From Candidatus Adlerbacteria bacterium (GTDB lineage Bacteria; Patescibacteriota; Minisyncoccia; Phycocordibacterales; SBAW01), in NCBI GenBank assembly GCA_903840375.1, contig CAIMFR010000072.1, positions 1-43,347 of the forward strand: a DNA stretch of 43,347 bases, read 5' to 3'. Shown here piece by piece: positions 28,114-37,720 of the stretch. Made by a program: the position numbers and the translations under genes. The notes beneath the pieces were generated by a model. That model was not told where the DNA came from. It did not search any database and worked only from the letters and a program-made list of their open reading frames with translations. Within the stretch, counting starts at the first letter, position 1. Each line of letters opens with the position of its first letter.

Positions 28114-28808
28114 ACTTGATTTTTATTCGCCGATCTTCGCAATCGATCTATCGAGGCACGCGAATCATCTGCAGTAAATATCACAGAACCGACGACAAGA
28201 CGGCTCGCACCTGCATCCACCAGTGCACGAACATTTTCCAGACTCACTCCACCGTCAACTTGTATCATTGTATCGCAATATGTCTCACGCAACTTGCGCA
28301 CAAGCGCCAATGCACGACTATCAAACGCCTCTCCCTGGAAACCGATACGAGCAATACCCATCACTTGTATAAAATCATAGAGACCGTCAAATGGAGTTAG
28401 CGACTCCGCATCCGCATCGGGCAAGATCGCTATCCCGACAGACACAGGAAAATCATCTTCCTTCCGAGCACTCTGTAACCCGTCGAGTGCTTGCATCGAA
28501 CCTTCTGACTTTGCATGAACAATAATACTCGACGCGCCTGCCAAAATAAGATCGGTCGTTATTTGCTCAGGGTGAACAGCCATCACATCAAATTGAAAAT
28601 CAAATTCCTCCCACAGCGGCAGACCTTCATCACCGGAAATTATTTTTTGGAATGCCTCACGATCTTTATACGGCCATGTCGTATTTTTCGCGAACATACC
28701 GTCAACGATATCTATCTGCACCTCACTTGTCTCTCCACGGACACGCTCAAGCTGCGCTTCAAGATCGCGCAGCGACTTCGGCATTATGGCTGGGATTATT
28801 TCGATCAT
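28110..28808 (-). CDS. rpe: Ribulose-phosphate 3-epimerase family
   Basis: IIPAI, QIDIVDG, QVMGI..GFQGEAF, IQVDGGV and LVVGS motifs; pentose phosphate pathway context. Confidence 0.85.
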   Translation of the reverse strand: MIEIIPAIMPKSLRDLEAQLERVRGETSEVQIDIVDGMFAKNTTWPYKDREAFQKIISGDEGLPLWEEFDFQFDVMAVHPEQITTDLILAGASSIIVHAKSEGSMQALDGLQSARKEDDFPVSVGIAILPDADAESLTPFDGLYDFIQVMGIARIGFQGEAFDSRALALVRKLRETYCDTMIQVDGGVSLENVRALVDAGASRLVVGSVIFTADDSRASIDRLRRSANKNQV

Positions 28809-28811
28809 AGA

Positions 28812-29264
28812 CTAGTGTAATACGGAATCAAGTTTTACGATGCGACGCGCATGTCTTTCTTCGCCGGAGAACGATGTCGAGAGCCACAAGAGGACGGCAT
28901 ACTGCGCATCTGCATCCGGGACAAACCGCGCGCCGAGCGAGAGGATATTCGCATCATTGTGTTCGCGAGAAAGTTTCAATGTTTCTACATCGCCACCGTA
29001 GAAAACTGCGGCACGCGCGCCTATTATTCTGTTCGCCGCCATCGCCTCACCTTGCCCGGACATTCCTACAACGATGCCGAAATAATCCTTACTTTGAGCC
29101 ACTTTTTCAGCAAGCGGTATGATAAAGTCGGGATAATCATCATGAGGGTCGAACGTGTGCGGACCGGTATCCTCGACCTCGTACCCGTGCTCAGACAAAA
29201 ACTGCGCCAGTGAATTCTTCAGAGCGAAACCTGCGTGATCAGATGCGAGAAATATTTTTTTCAT
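28812..29264 (-). CDS. rpiB: Ribose-5-phosphate isomerase B (Glu-base, mycobacterial-like variant)
   Basis: ASDHAGF, DDYPD, GMSGQGE (no catalytic Cys), REHNDANILSLGAR and RHARR motifs. Confidence 0.93.
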   Translation of the reverse strand: MKKIFLASDHAGFALKNSLAQFLSEHGYEVEDTGPHTFDPHDDYPDFIIPLAEKVAQSKDYFGIVVGMSGQGEAMAANRIIGARAAVFYGGDVETLKLSREHNDANILSLGARFVPDADAQYAVLLWLSTSFSGEERHARRIVKLDSVLH

Positions 29265-29285
29265 AAAATTAGTACGTTCATTTGT

Positions 29286-30308
29286 TTATTTTGCGAGATA
29301 CTTTGCCGCCGCTTTCACATGACGAAGCAACGTGTACGTATACCCCATCTCATTGTCGTACCAACCCATCACCTTCACTAAGTTACCGCCGACGACGCGT
29401 GTCATGGAAAGATCCGCCGTCGATCCGTAGCGTGTGCCAACAATATCCGCCGAAACAAGTTGCTCGTATGTCGCCGTGAAGATGCCGTTCCATCGTTCTT
29501 CCTTTGCAGCCGCTTCGAGGATCGCATTCACTTCTTCTGCGGTCGTATCTCGCTTCGCAATAAATGTTATGTCTACTATCGAGCCGCAGACGACCGGCAC
29601 GCGCATCGCTACGCCATCAAACTTGTCGACAAGCTGTGTGTATGCACGAGTGACCGCGATGGCGGCACCCGTCGATGACGGCACTATATTTTGCGCAGCA
29701 GCACGACCTCGACGCATGTCACCCTTCGCCGGCGAGTCAACAATGGATTGCGTCGCCGTGTACGCATGCACTGTATTCAGCAACGCTTTCTCGATGCCGA
29801 GCTTCTCGTCGAGAATGGCGATGAGCGGACTTGCAGAGTTGGTCGTACATGACGCATTGGAGCTTATGTTGCATGTCTTTAACCTTTCCTCGTTTACTCC
29901 AACCAACACGGTCGCGCCGGTCTCTGTATCTTCACCTCTTGCCGGTGCGGTGATAACAACGCGCTTCGCTCCTGCCGTGATATGCGCGCTCGCTTTGTCA
30001 TAACTGTCGAAGATGCCGGTAGACTCGACGACGATATCGATCTGCATATCCTTCCACGGAAGTTTCGTAGGATCTTTCTCACTGATGAAAGCAACTTCCT
30101 TCCCGCCGATGACAATTTTTCCATCAGTCGTCTCAACACTGAACGGCGCACGACCGGAGACGCTGTCATACCGAAGCAGATACGCGAGGTTCGACACATC
30201 GCCAAGGTCATTCACGGCGACTATTTCTATATCCTCATCATTATACGCAGCACGTACAAAGGATCTCCCGATACGCCCGAACCCGTTTATCGCAATTCGT
30301 GTTTTCAT
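29286..30308 (-). CDS. gap: Type I glyceraldehyde-3-phosphate dehydrogenase
   Basis: INGFGRIGR, SNASCTTN, RAAAQNIVPSSTGAA and WYDNEMGY motifs. Confidence 0.97.
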   Translation of the reverse strand: MKTRIAINGFGRIGRSFVRAAYNDEDIEIVAVNDLGDVSNLAYLLRYDSVSGRAPFSVETTDGKIVIGGKEVAFISEKDPTKLPWKDMQIDIVVESTGIFDSYDKASAHITAGAKRVVITAPARGEDTETGATVLVGVNEERLKTCNISSNASCTTNSASPLIAILDEKLGIEKALLNTVHAYTATQSIVDSPAKGDMRRGRAAAQNIVPSSTGAAIAVTRAYTQLVDKFDGVAMRVPVVCGSIVDITFIAKRDTTAEEVNAILEAAAKEERWNGIFTATYEQLVSADIVGTRYGSTADLSMTRVVGGNLVKVMGWYDNEMGYTYTLLRHVKAAAKYLAK

Positions 30309-30344
30309 ATTCTTCTAGAATATCACATCGTTAGAAATAAAAAC

Positions 30345-32210
30345 CTACTGTTGTTTGGAATAAAGGATGCGTGCATCGACGTAGTCCGGCTTCAACACAA
30401 GTGCGCGATATGCAAACGCGCGAACATTTCCGACATCTCCAACCGCCTCGGCAAGCTTTGCCTGCAGGAAGAACGGGAACGGGTTGGAAGGTTCTAGCGC
30501 TATGGCATGCGCATATGCATCGCTGCCCTGTTGCGGCGCACCGGCAACCTTAGCAAGCGCCAACTGCGCATACACATTGCCAAGCACTATCCAATTTAGA
30601 ACATTGGCCGGTTCCATATCGACCGCCTTTCGCGCATTTTTTACCGCAGCTTGCGCGTATATGCCAAAGCCTGCCGCAGATTCTTCTTTCGGCATAGAAG
30701 TATCGACGACCAGCTGTGCCATACGCTCCTGTTGAACTTCTGAAAGCGCTCGATAGTACACGGGCTGCGGAAAAATACTGACCGCTTTCGATATCAATGC
30801 CTGGCTGGCATCAACATTTTGATTCTGCATTACCTGTTCAACACCTCCGTTATAGAGCACCACTGAATAAGTGCGAATGATCAAACATACCAATAAGATC
30901 ACGCATACCGATAACACCATGACTCCGGCAAGCCATGGCTTAGTCTTGGAGACGAGAATGAGTCTGCGAAACTTATCTGTATCAATGGTCCATGCCGTGG
31001 CGATACCACTAACGGCGACGATAGCCACCAGACTGATCATGTTCGGCATATACCCTATGAATGCCAACCATCCGTACATGGCGGCAAAAAAACTCACGCA
31101 CAACAAACACCTATCCTCGGTTTCGTCTAAGGTCACGACTCGCCGCCAACCACTCCGGATGGCGAGCACGAGCATTGCCAATGCTGCGACAATCCCTAGG
31201 ATACCGACTGTAACCGCGACCGAATCATACAGACCGACGCCTTGCGTGTAGGTCATATTCCACAGCGGAGTTTTGTTCACGGACACAGGCTTGTAAAGTT
31301 CCCACGCCTGCGCATACGTGTTCGGACCGGTTCCGACAAAAGCCCTAATAGGGCTGGCTCTATATGATGCCGCGACAACCGCAACCGCATCTGAGAATTG
31401 CGGAGATACAGGCATGCCGGCTGACATACGTGGAAATGGAATACTGTTTCCGCAGAAAAAGAGTAGCAACGAAGCGATGCCGACGGCACAAAACAAACCA
31501 GCAGAAGAACGGTGATGCGCGCGGAATCGCTCGATACACATCAGTATTGCGACTATACCTACTGAGCACCAAACAAATGTGACCGGCGCGAATAAAAGAA
31601 AGGTAGCGCACAACAAGGTTGATACAGTGCAGGCAAAACGGCCGATGGGGTTAAGTGAAAAATATTTTGGAAGTGCGAGCGACAGAACTAACGCAAATCC
31701 CGCCATGAATGTTACATCGGACATCGACGATATGCCGGCCGCTTCATGCGCGACAACAGATCGAAGTATGGCTATGAACAAATCCGCAACAACGACCAGT
31801 GTTGTGGTCGCCATCATTGCAAACAAAATCGCTCTGACTCGTAAACCGTTACGCAGCCACACGATGGATAACCAAAAAAGCGCCAAGAGCGCAAGTACTG
31901 ATGCAACTGTTCCAGCTTCCAGATCAAAACCGTCAAATGAAAAACGTCGCGAGATGGAGAAAAGAGTCGAGATCAAGAATATAGCAGCAACGAGCGCCGG
32001 AAATATGACCGGCTTGGCATATACAATACGCAACCCGCCGGCGAACAATGCAACATAACCAACCACAATACCGCACAGTACGAGGAGCACATAGAAATAT
32101 GCAGTACTAAACAAAGAAGAAAATACCGTAAGGAACGGCATGAGGAAAAACGGCATTATTCCAATTGCCAAAGTATAAAAAAGCTTAAGATGATGTTGTC
32201 TTGTAATCAT
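30345..32210 (-). CDS. O-antigen ligase/Wzy_C-like polytopic membrane protein with C-terminal TPR repeats
   Basis: About a dozen hydrophobic segments, a loop with FVGTGPNTY followed by TVGILG, and TPR-like helices (KAVDMEPAN..W..LG..Y, AIALEPSNP, ALVLKPDY). Confidence 0.72.
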   Translation of the reverse strand: MITRQHHLKLFYTLAIGIMPFFLMPFLTVFSSLFSTAYFYVLLVLCGIVVGYVALFAGGLRIVYAKPVIFPALVAAIFLISTLFSISRRFSFDGFDLEAGTVASVLALLALFWLSIVWLRNGLRVRAILFAMMATTTLVVVADLFIAILRSVVAHEAAGISSMSDVTFMAGFALVLSLALPKYFSLNPIGRFACTVSTLLCATFLLFAPVTFVWCSVGIVAILMCIERFRAHHRSSAGLFCAVGIASLLLFFCGNSIPFPRMSAGMPVSPQFSDAVAVVAASYRASPIRAFVGTGPNTYAQAWELYKPVSVNKTPLWNMTYTQGVGLYDSVAVTVGILGIVAALAMLVLAIRSGWRRVVTLDETEDRCLLCVSFFAAMYGWLAFIGYMPNMISLVAIVAVSGIATAWTIDTDKFRRLILVSKTKPWLAGVMVLSVCVILLVCLIIRTYSVVLYNGGVEQVMQNQNVDASQALISKAVSIFPQPVYYRALSEVQQERMAQLVVDTSMPKEESAAGFGIYAQAAVKNARKAVDMEPANVLNWIVLGNVYAQLALAKVAGAPQQGSDAYAHAIALEPSNPFPFFLQAKLAEAVGDVGNVRAFAYRALVLKPDYVDARILYSKQQ

Positions 32211-32224
32211 TGCTGTAACTCTGT

Positions 32225-33475
32225 CTATTGTGCAGCATCGACCGGGGGTGTGCTAGACGAATCTGCAGGGGCGACAGGAGACACGTCGGTCGGCGCAGAT
32301 GGATCTGCGGGAGTGATCGCGTCTGTGGTCGGAGATGTATCTGTGGAAGTAGTAGCGGGAGAACTCGTGTCCGGCGGAGCCGTAGGAACCACAGAATCCG
32401 GCGTCGATGACGATGACGAAATATTGTCTGCCTGAGGAACAATCGGAGTCGTTGCAGGAGTGGAAGTATCAGCCGGGGTCTCGGGCACCGCGACTGTCGG
32501 CAAAACAGGTACGGCGATCGGTATCGTCGACGGGTCAATCGGCGGACCCTTTAGGGGGTCATAAACAATGACCGTGCGTTTAGCAACGGAAGTATTGCCA
32601 GCATGATCGACCGCAGTGTACGTTATGGTGAATTGCCCCGGTTTCGATGTATCAATGGAACCTGTTCCCTGTGTGCTGTAATTTACATCCCGAGTTATGT
32701 TGTCGGTCACAAATGCTCCAAGGTCCATATAGGTTGAACCGACCGGTATCTGTGCCGGATTCTTTCCGAGGATCTGTATCGTCGGTGCGATCGAGTCGCC
32801 GCCTTTGCCTGTTACGGTGGTCGCGACGCCGTCGCCGGCAATACCGCCGGAGGATGGCGATACGCCCGGCGTACCTGATACTCCTGTGGCACTGCCGCCG
32901 TCATCGGGCACTATCGTCGCAGGCTGCGCGACGACCGGAACATAACCCGGCAAGATACTTTCCTTCGAATCAAGGAACTTGCCGACAAGACCTCCGTATA
33001 CGGTCGCGACTACAGCCTGGCTCACACCGCTCTTCCGCTCAATATCCTGCACACGTTGCAGGTACGAGAGCTGCCAGTTCATGACATCCTTAAGCTGCCT
33101 TGTCACATAAAGACCAAGATCCTGCCCTGCAAGGACGTTCTTTGGCACGGTGATGCTATTTAGTTCGGCAACTTGCTGCCAAACATACTCTTTCAGATCA
33201 ATAGTGGTCAACTTATACGCAACGTAATAATTATCGTTATCTTCGGTTACTCCTGTTATTTGTATCTTAGGCGCGTATGTCGATAAGTCGACATTTACTA
33301 TGTATGAATTATCCACAGACTTTATCGTCTGTTGCGTAGACAAAACAGCGTTGGAAACATCAGCACGAACCTCGGGACTCGCGGCTAAAGCGCCGCTGCA
33401 GGACAAAAAAAGCAAAGCAACGCCTATCGAAACGGCGTTATTATATTTTATAAAGTCGAGAAATTTTCCTCCCAT
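32225..33475 (-). CDS. Surface protein with DUF5011 (Ig-like) domain and Pro/Thr/Ser/Asp-rich tail
   Basis: N-terminal hydrophobic segment; DSIAPTIQILGKNP..Y.DLGA..TDN..IDTSKPG...ITY.AVD.AGN....RTV.V; low-complexity C-terminal ~100 aa. Confidence 0.8.
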   Translation of the reverse strand: MGGKFLDFIKYNNAVSIGVALLFLSCSGALAASPEVRADVSNAVLSTQQTIKSVDNSYIVNVDLSTYAPKIQITGVTEDNDNYYVAYKLTTIDLKEYVWQQVAELNSITVPKNVLAGQDLGLYVTRQLKDVMNWQLSYLQRVQDIERKSGVSQAVVATVYGGLVGKFLDSKESILPGYVPVVAQPATIVPDDGGSATGVSGTPGVSPSSGGIAGDGVATTVTGKGGDSIAPTIQILGKNPAQIPVGSTYMDLGAFVTDNITRDVNYSTQGTGSIDTSKPGQFTITYTAVDHAGNTSVAKRTVIVYDPLKGPPIDPSTIPIAVPVLPTVAVPETPADTSTPATTPIVPQADNISSSSSTPDSVVPTAPPDTSSPATTSTDTSPTTDAITPADPSAPTDVSPVAPADSSSTPPVDAAQ

Positions 33476-33507
33476 ACCTCAAAATATAATACCACGCTTT
33501 TTCTACA

Positions 33508-34332
33508 CTATTGCGCGCGTGGCCATGTCGGATGCCAAAATTCCCCGCCCTGATACTGTCTGTACAGATCATCCCCGAGCACCTTTGCCGCATCCTGCGA
33601 TATCTTGCCGAGCACCGGACGGATCTTGTGCATGCCGGGCATGTTATACGCTGACATATCATCTTCCTGCACCGTATTAGTGATGCCGGTAAAATTATGC
33701 GCAAATGTCGGCATATCGAAAAATGAATACACGCGTGCAAGCTCTCGCGCAGGGTCATTCACAAGGTCGTCATACTCCACAAAAAGAATATTCTGTGGAT
33801 AGCGTATAAAGCCGTCGTGCAACACCGACCACGACTGAAAGACATGTCCGTCCTTACTCATCAGCAACCTACAGCGATTGCTATCGTTCAGCGGCTCACC
33901 AAGTGAAATGAGGCTTTGGTCGATAAAAGAGACGGTATCCGGATTCTTCCGAACCAACGCGATGAATGATGCGAGAATGTCTGCGATCGACCGAACCGTG
34001 CACACCAGCTTTGGCATCTCGCCGAGCGCCAGTGTGAGCCTATCCTGATTGACGGGGTTCGGCCACGCGCGGTTTTTATCAAAAATAAAAGGCTTGTCGA
34101 TGTGTGCGTAAAATCCTTCAACAATGCCGCGCAAAACGGACTCTATTTGCCCGGGGACTGCATACGCCTTCACATGTTCTGCTGTGTCCCACATCTCCTT
34201 CGTACCATGCACCAGTCCGACAAGCGGAGACGAAGGTGATGCGTAGATGTCCGGGTTCTGGGAAAGAATAGACGCGAGAACAGTGGAGCCGGTACGCGGC
34301 AAACCTGAAAGAAAGTAAAAATGTTTTTTCAT
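33508..34332 (-). CDS. PAPS-dependent sulfotransferase family protein
   Basis: 5'-PSB loop SGLPRTGSTVL, DKNRAW, 3'-PB region VRSIADILAS and VEYDDLVNDP. Start MKKHF overlaps the upstream stop (ATGA). Confidence 0.88.
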   Translation of the reverse strand: MKKHFYFLSGLPRTGSTVLASILSQNPDIYASPSSPLVGLVHGTKEMWDTAEHVKAYAVPGQIESVLRGIVEGFYAHIDKPFIFDKNRAWPNPVNQDRLTLALGEMPKLVCTVRSIADILASFIALVRKNPDTVSFIDQSLISLGEPLNDSNRCRLLMSKDGHVFQSWSVLHDGFIRYPQNILFVEYDDLVNDPARELARVYSFFDMPTFAHNFTGITNTVQEDDMSAYNMPGMHKIRPVLGKISQDAAKVLGDDLYRQYQGGEFWHPTWPRAQ

Positions 34333-36821
34333 AAGTGGAATACAGTCTTCCAAAATTGTTCCGGACCATATTTCTCTGAAGCTGCCTTGTGGCCGGCGGA
34401 GGCGATGACCGCGCGCTCGTCTTCATGTGCGAGATAATATCGCACCTTCTCCAATAGATCATCTACTGTGGCGAACGAAACATATTCTTTGCCGTCCACG
34501 AATAGCCGCGACGTTTCCGGATTCGATTGTTCGAGAAGCATCGCACCGCACAACATCGTCTCGAACACGCGGCCTTTGAGCTGATGCGTCTCGTGAGATG
34601 AGCGAGAAAAATTGAGCACGATCTTGGACCGGCACAAGACATCGACATATCGCTCGATCGACACGCGTGTGTCCGGTGTATTTCCGCCCAGTATCTCGAC
34701 AGGGACACCTGCATTGCGAAGCGCGTCCAACATGACGCGACGGTCTCGATGTGCACCCTCTATCGTTCCCGCAAAAGATACACCGATGTTGCGAACACTT
34801 CCGACATCACGGAAAAGGCGCGTGTCACACGGAAACCACAAGCTATGGATGCGCGAAGCGACCGACTCGTCATAGCCGTTGATCGCGCTGCAGTGTGCAC
34901 GATATTCGCCGTCATTTCTATCCTGCAACACAACATGCGCACCGGCGGACAGCACACTATCAATAGACGGAAACCACATCGGATCTGTATCGGAAAATTG
35001 CGCAACCACCGGAATTCCAAGCGTCTGAATGATAGATGCGATGACCATGCGTTCCTGCTCGCGCAATCCGTGGTATGCGTAAAGCGCAATAAAATTAGGC
35101 CGTGTCTGCGCACAATAATCAAAAAGCCCCGCAATACCGCCGCGATACTTGTGTACGGTCGCAAGACCGGTCGATTCCAGAGAACCCCATGCGTAATGCT
35201 CGATCACATATTCCTCCGGTACTACACTCACAAAAAGTACGGACGGCCGTGACGTATTCGCCTGCCTCACTACATGCGGTTCTGCATTTGCATCCCACAA
35301 TGCTTGCCAATCTTCATACTGTGGAGGCGTGTCTTGCATGTGGAATGCCAGTGACGGGATCGGAGTAAAGAGTATCACACCTCCTTGTGTCCATATGCGA
35401 TTGATCGTCGTTTCCTCCGTCACGGTCGGGTCAATACCATAACGAGTTAGCGCATCGAAATTGCTGCGAAATTTTCTGAAAGTCGTAGCGTGGACGAGTA
35501 ATGTTCCGGTCGTATGAACATTGGTGCGCCATGGACGTTTTACGCCTGGCACTATTCTGCACTGGTCCATACGCACATAATTGTTCGGATCGTCACAAGG
35601 AGCTACTCCTACTTCAAGTTCGCCCAACTTTGCTCTAAATGCAAAATATGATGATAACATGCCGAAAATTGCTTCCGGATAATGCAGATAATCATCCTCT
35701 ACAAAATAGATAAGATTTTTACACCGATCAGCTTTGCGATATGCCGCCGCAAGCGATGCGCCGTTTCCGGTACTCTCCAAGGCTTCGATCTCTACAGGAT
35801 GCTTTAGTGCCTCTGTTATCTCTCGCATTTTGGAAAGCAGCTCCGGCGACGAATGATCGTCGATGATGTGCAGGGCCAGCGGTTCGGTGCAACGATTCAT
35901 ACTCGCAACGAGTGAACTTATACAGCGCGTGGTAATTTCTCGTTTCGATACAGTAACGAACCTCTTTCCGGCATGCACTGAATGCACTCTATCGCATGTG
36001 CGCAAAATAATATCTAGAACCACCGGCGGCTGCGGTGTCTGCCACCATGCGGGACTTTCTTCGACATCAGAGTAGAGCGGCGGCGGTACTTCGCCGTACT
36101 TCGCATACCATGCAACATCGAATTCTAATGCTTGCTTTTCATCATTCCACCGATACGAACTGGAGCCCATGCGCACATTCTGATATTGTGCTTTCTTTTT
36201 TCCGGAACTGTTCAGCCACGTAAGATGTTTTATGTAAGCTACATCTTCAGGAATATCTAGATGGTTAGAACTTCTTGTCGTGTGCCCGTCGAGATATTGC
36301 AATTCATTGTCCCAACTGAATTTTTCTATCCCGCCATATCGATCGGTCCAAAAAATGCGCGGCGGTCGAAAGCCCTTGATCCAATGCTTGCCGTCGAAAA
36401 TATAATTCTTGAAATGTATCCGGTAGAGATCCGGTAGAGGATTCGCCAATACAAAGTCAATTATTTTTTTTATAGAATCGACTGTATAAAACTCGTCGCC
36501 GTCGAGGATCCAAATGCAATCTACACCTGCCGCCAGTAGTGCTTGCAGGACAGCCGTCCGCGCTTCCTGCTCCTGCATCGGAACATCTGACGCCTTATAC
36601 CAATCAAAAACATCTTTATTCTCCGCGAGGCTATTCCTCGTCTCATCGTCGTCATTTTTATAGCCAAGCGTTGCATACTCGGCAAACTGGCAATTCATCG
36701 CGGCAATATACACCTCGTGTCCCAACTCCGGCGCGATCTTCTTAAACTCGCGCCACGGTGCCAATACATCCGGCAAAGTCTCCGCGCAACCATAGAATAA
36801 CCCTACGATGCCTATCTTCAT
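34329..36821 (-). CDS. Three-domain glycosyltransferase (GT2-like + GT-A + GT-B/CgeB-like)
   Basis: Domain 1 WILDGDEFY; domain 2 DIILRTCDR..IYFVEDDYLH..LFTPIPSLAFH; domain 3 KGRVFETMLCG..LLEKVRYYLAHEDER..IA.AG. Confidence 0.8.
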   Translation of the reverse strand: MKIGIVGLFYGCAETLPDVLAPWREFKKIAPELGHEVYIAAMNCQFAEYATLGYKNDDDETRNSLAENKDVFDWYKASDVPMQEQEARTAVLQALLAAGVDCIWILDGDEFYTVDSIKKIIDFVLANPLPDLYRIHFKNYIFDGKHWIKGFRPPRIFWTDRYGGIEKFSWDNELQYLDGHTTRSSNHLDIPEDVAYIKHLTWLNSSGKKKAQYQNVRMGSSSYRWNDEKQALEFDVAWYAKYGEVPPPLYSDVEESPAWWQTPQPPVVLDIILRTCDRVHSVHAGKRFVTVSKREITTRCISSLVASMNRCTEPLALHIIDDHSSPELLSKMREITEALKHPVEIEALESTGNGASLAAAYRKADRCKNLIYFVEDDYLHYPEAIFGMLSSYFAFRAKLGELEVGVAPCDDPNNYVRMDQCRIVPGVKRPWRTNVHTTGTLLVHATTFRKFRSNFDALTRYGIDPTVTEETTINRIWTQGGVILFTPIPSLAFHMQDTPPQYEDWQALWDANAEPHVVRQANTSRPSVLFVSVVPEEYVIEHYAWGSLESTGLATVHKYRGGIAGLFDYCAQTRPNFIALYAYHGLREQERMVIASIIQTLGIPVVAQFSDTDPMWFPSIDSVLSAGAHVVLQDRNDGEYRAHCSAINGYDESVASRIHSLWFPCDTRLFRDVGSVRNIGVSFAGTIEGAHRDRRVMLDALRNAGVPVEILGGNTPDTRVSIERYVDVLCRSKIVLNFSRSSHETHQLKGRVFETMLCGAMLLEQSNPETSRLFVDGKEYVSFATVDDLLEKVRYYLAHEDERAVIASAGHKAASEKYGPEQFWKTVFHL

Positions 36822-36849
36822 GTTCGCCAGTATACCGCATCGCGGCTAA

Positions 36850-37695
36850 TTATAGATATTTTTCAGTAAAATAGTTCGTCCACTCAGGAATTCTGTCGTA
36901 CTGGTGGACGATGGCAAAGGGTTTACCGTCTGCATTACGCACGGTAGAACCGTCGAATGTGGGCCGTGATTCCAACAGGTATGGCTCGTAGGTATCGCAC
37001 ATATCTGGCTGCGATGTGACCTGTGCATTAAGTACCCAGGCATCGGCCAATGTCTGGTGCAACGTGACCGACCACCACGGCTCGATCGACATCAAGATAA
37101 TATAGGCCGCCTGATCTGCGCCGAAATAGGGAACTCGCACACACATCTCGAAGACCATAAGACACATATCACGCACGTAGTCCGCATATCCGGCTATCAC
37201 ACCGCCGCATTGCACCTCCTTATGTTTAACGATGTTGTAAAAATAATCGCCGAAATTTTTGCGTACTTCATTCGCATTCCACTCTTCATGCTCGACAAGG
37301 ATACGCTCGCCTGCCGCAACCAATTTTTTACCTGACGGAATAAGATTCTTTTCCAACCATGGAATCGGGTTTTGTTGGAACACCAGATCGCTCACGTCAG
37401 CGAACACGACGAACCGGTATTTCCCTTCCTGCTTTTGCAAAAAATCGAACACATGCAGAAAACGCTCGATCACCTTCGGCGAGTTCGGCCCGGTGCGCAT
37501 AGGAACGACCATGACGCCCTCGCCGCGTATCTGTTCCAGCAGAGCTGTTTCGGCATCAAGCGCTATCAGACAAATGTCGCCGGTGAATCCCGTCTGCTTG
37601 ATAGACCGTATCCACGGTTTGAGCACCGGCAGGTCGTAGCCGAAAAACACACCTATCACAAGATCTTTTTTATCAGAAGGTGAGTGTGGTGGCAT
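36850..37695 (-). CDS. Putative GT-A glycosyltransferase
   Basis: VVFADVSDLVFQQNP, CGGVIAG, ADQAAY and IVHQYDR motifs. Start MPPHS was chosen because TATGCT lies 7 nt upstream; 37707 is an alternative. Confidence 0.6.
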   Translation of the reverse strand: MPPHSPSDKKDLVIGVFFGYDLPVLKPWIRSIKQTGFTGDICLIALDAETALLEQIRGEGVMVVPMRTGPNSPKVIERFLHVFDFLQKQEGKYRFVVFADVSDLVFQQNPIPWLEKNLIPSGKKLVAAGERILVEHEEWNANEVRKNFGDYFYNIVKHKEVQCGGVIAGYADYVRDMCLMVFEMCVRVPYFGADQAAYIILMSIEPWWSVTLHQTLADAWVLNAQVTSQPDMCDTYEPYLLESRPTFDGSTVRNADGKPFAIVHQYDRIPEWTNYFTEKYL

Positions 37696-37720
37696 GGATG
37701 TTAGCATATATAGTAGTGTC

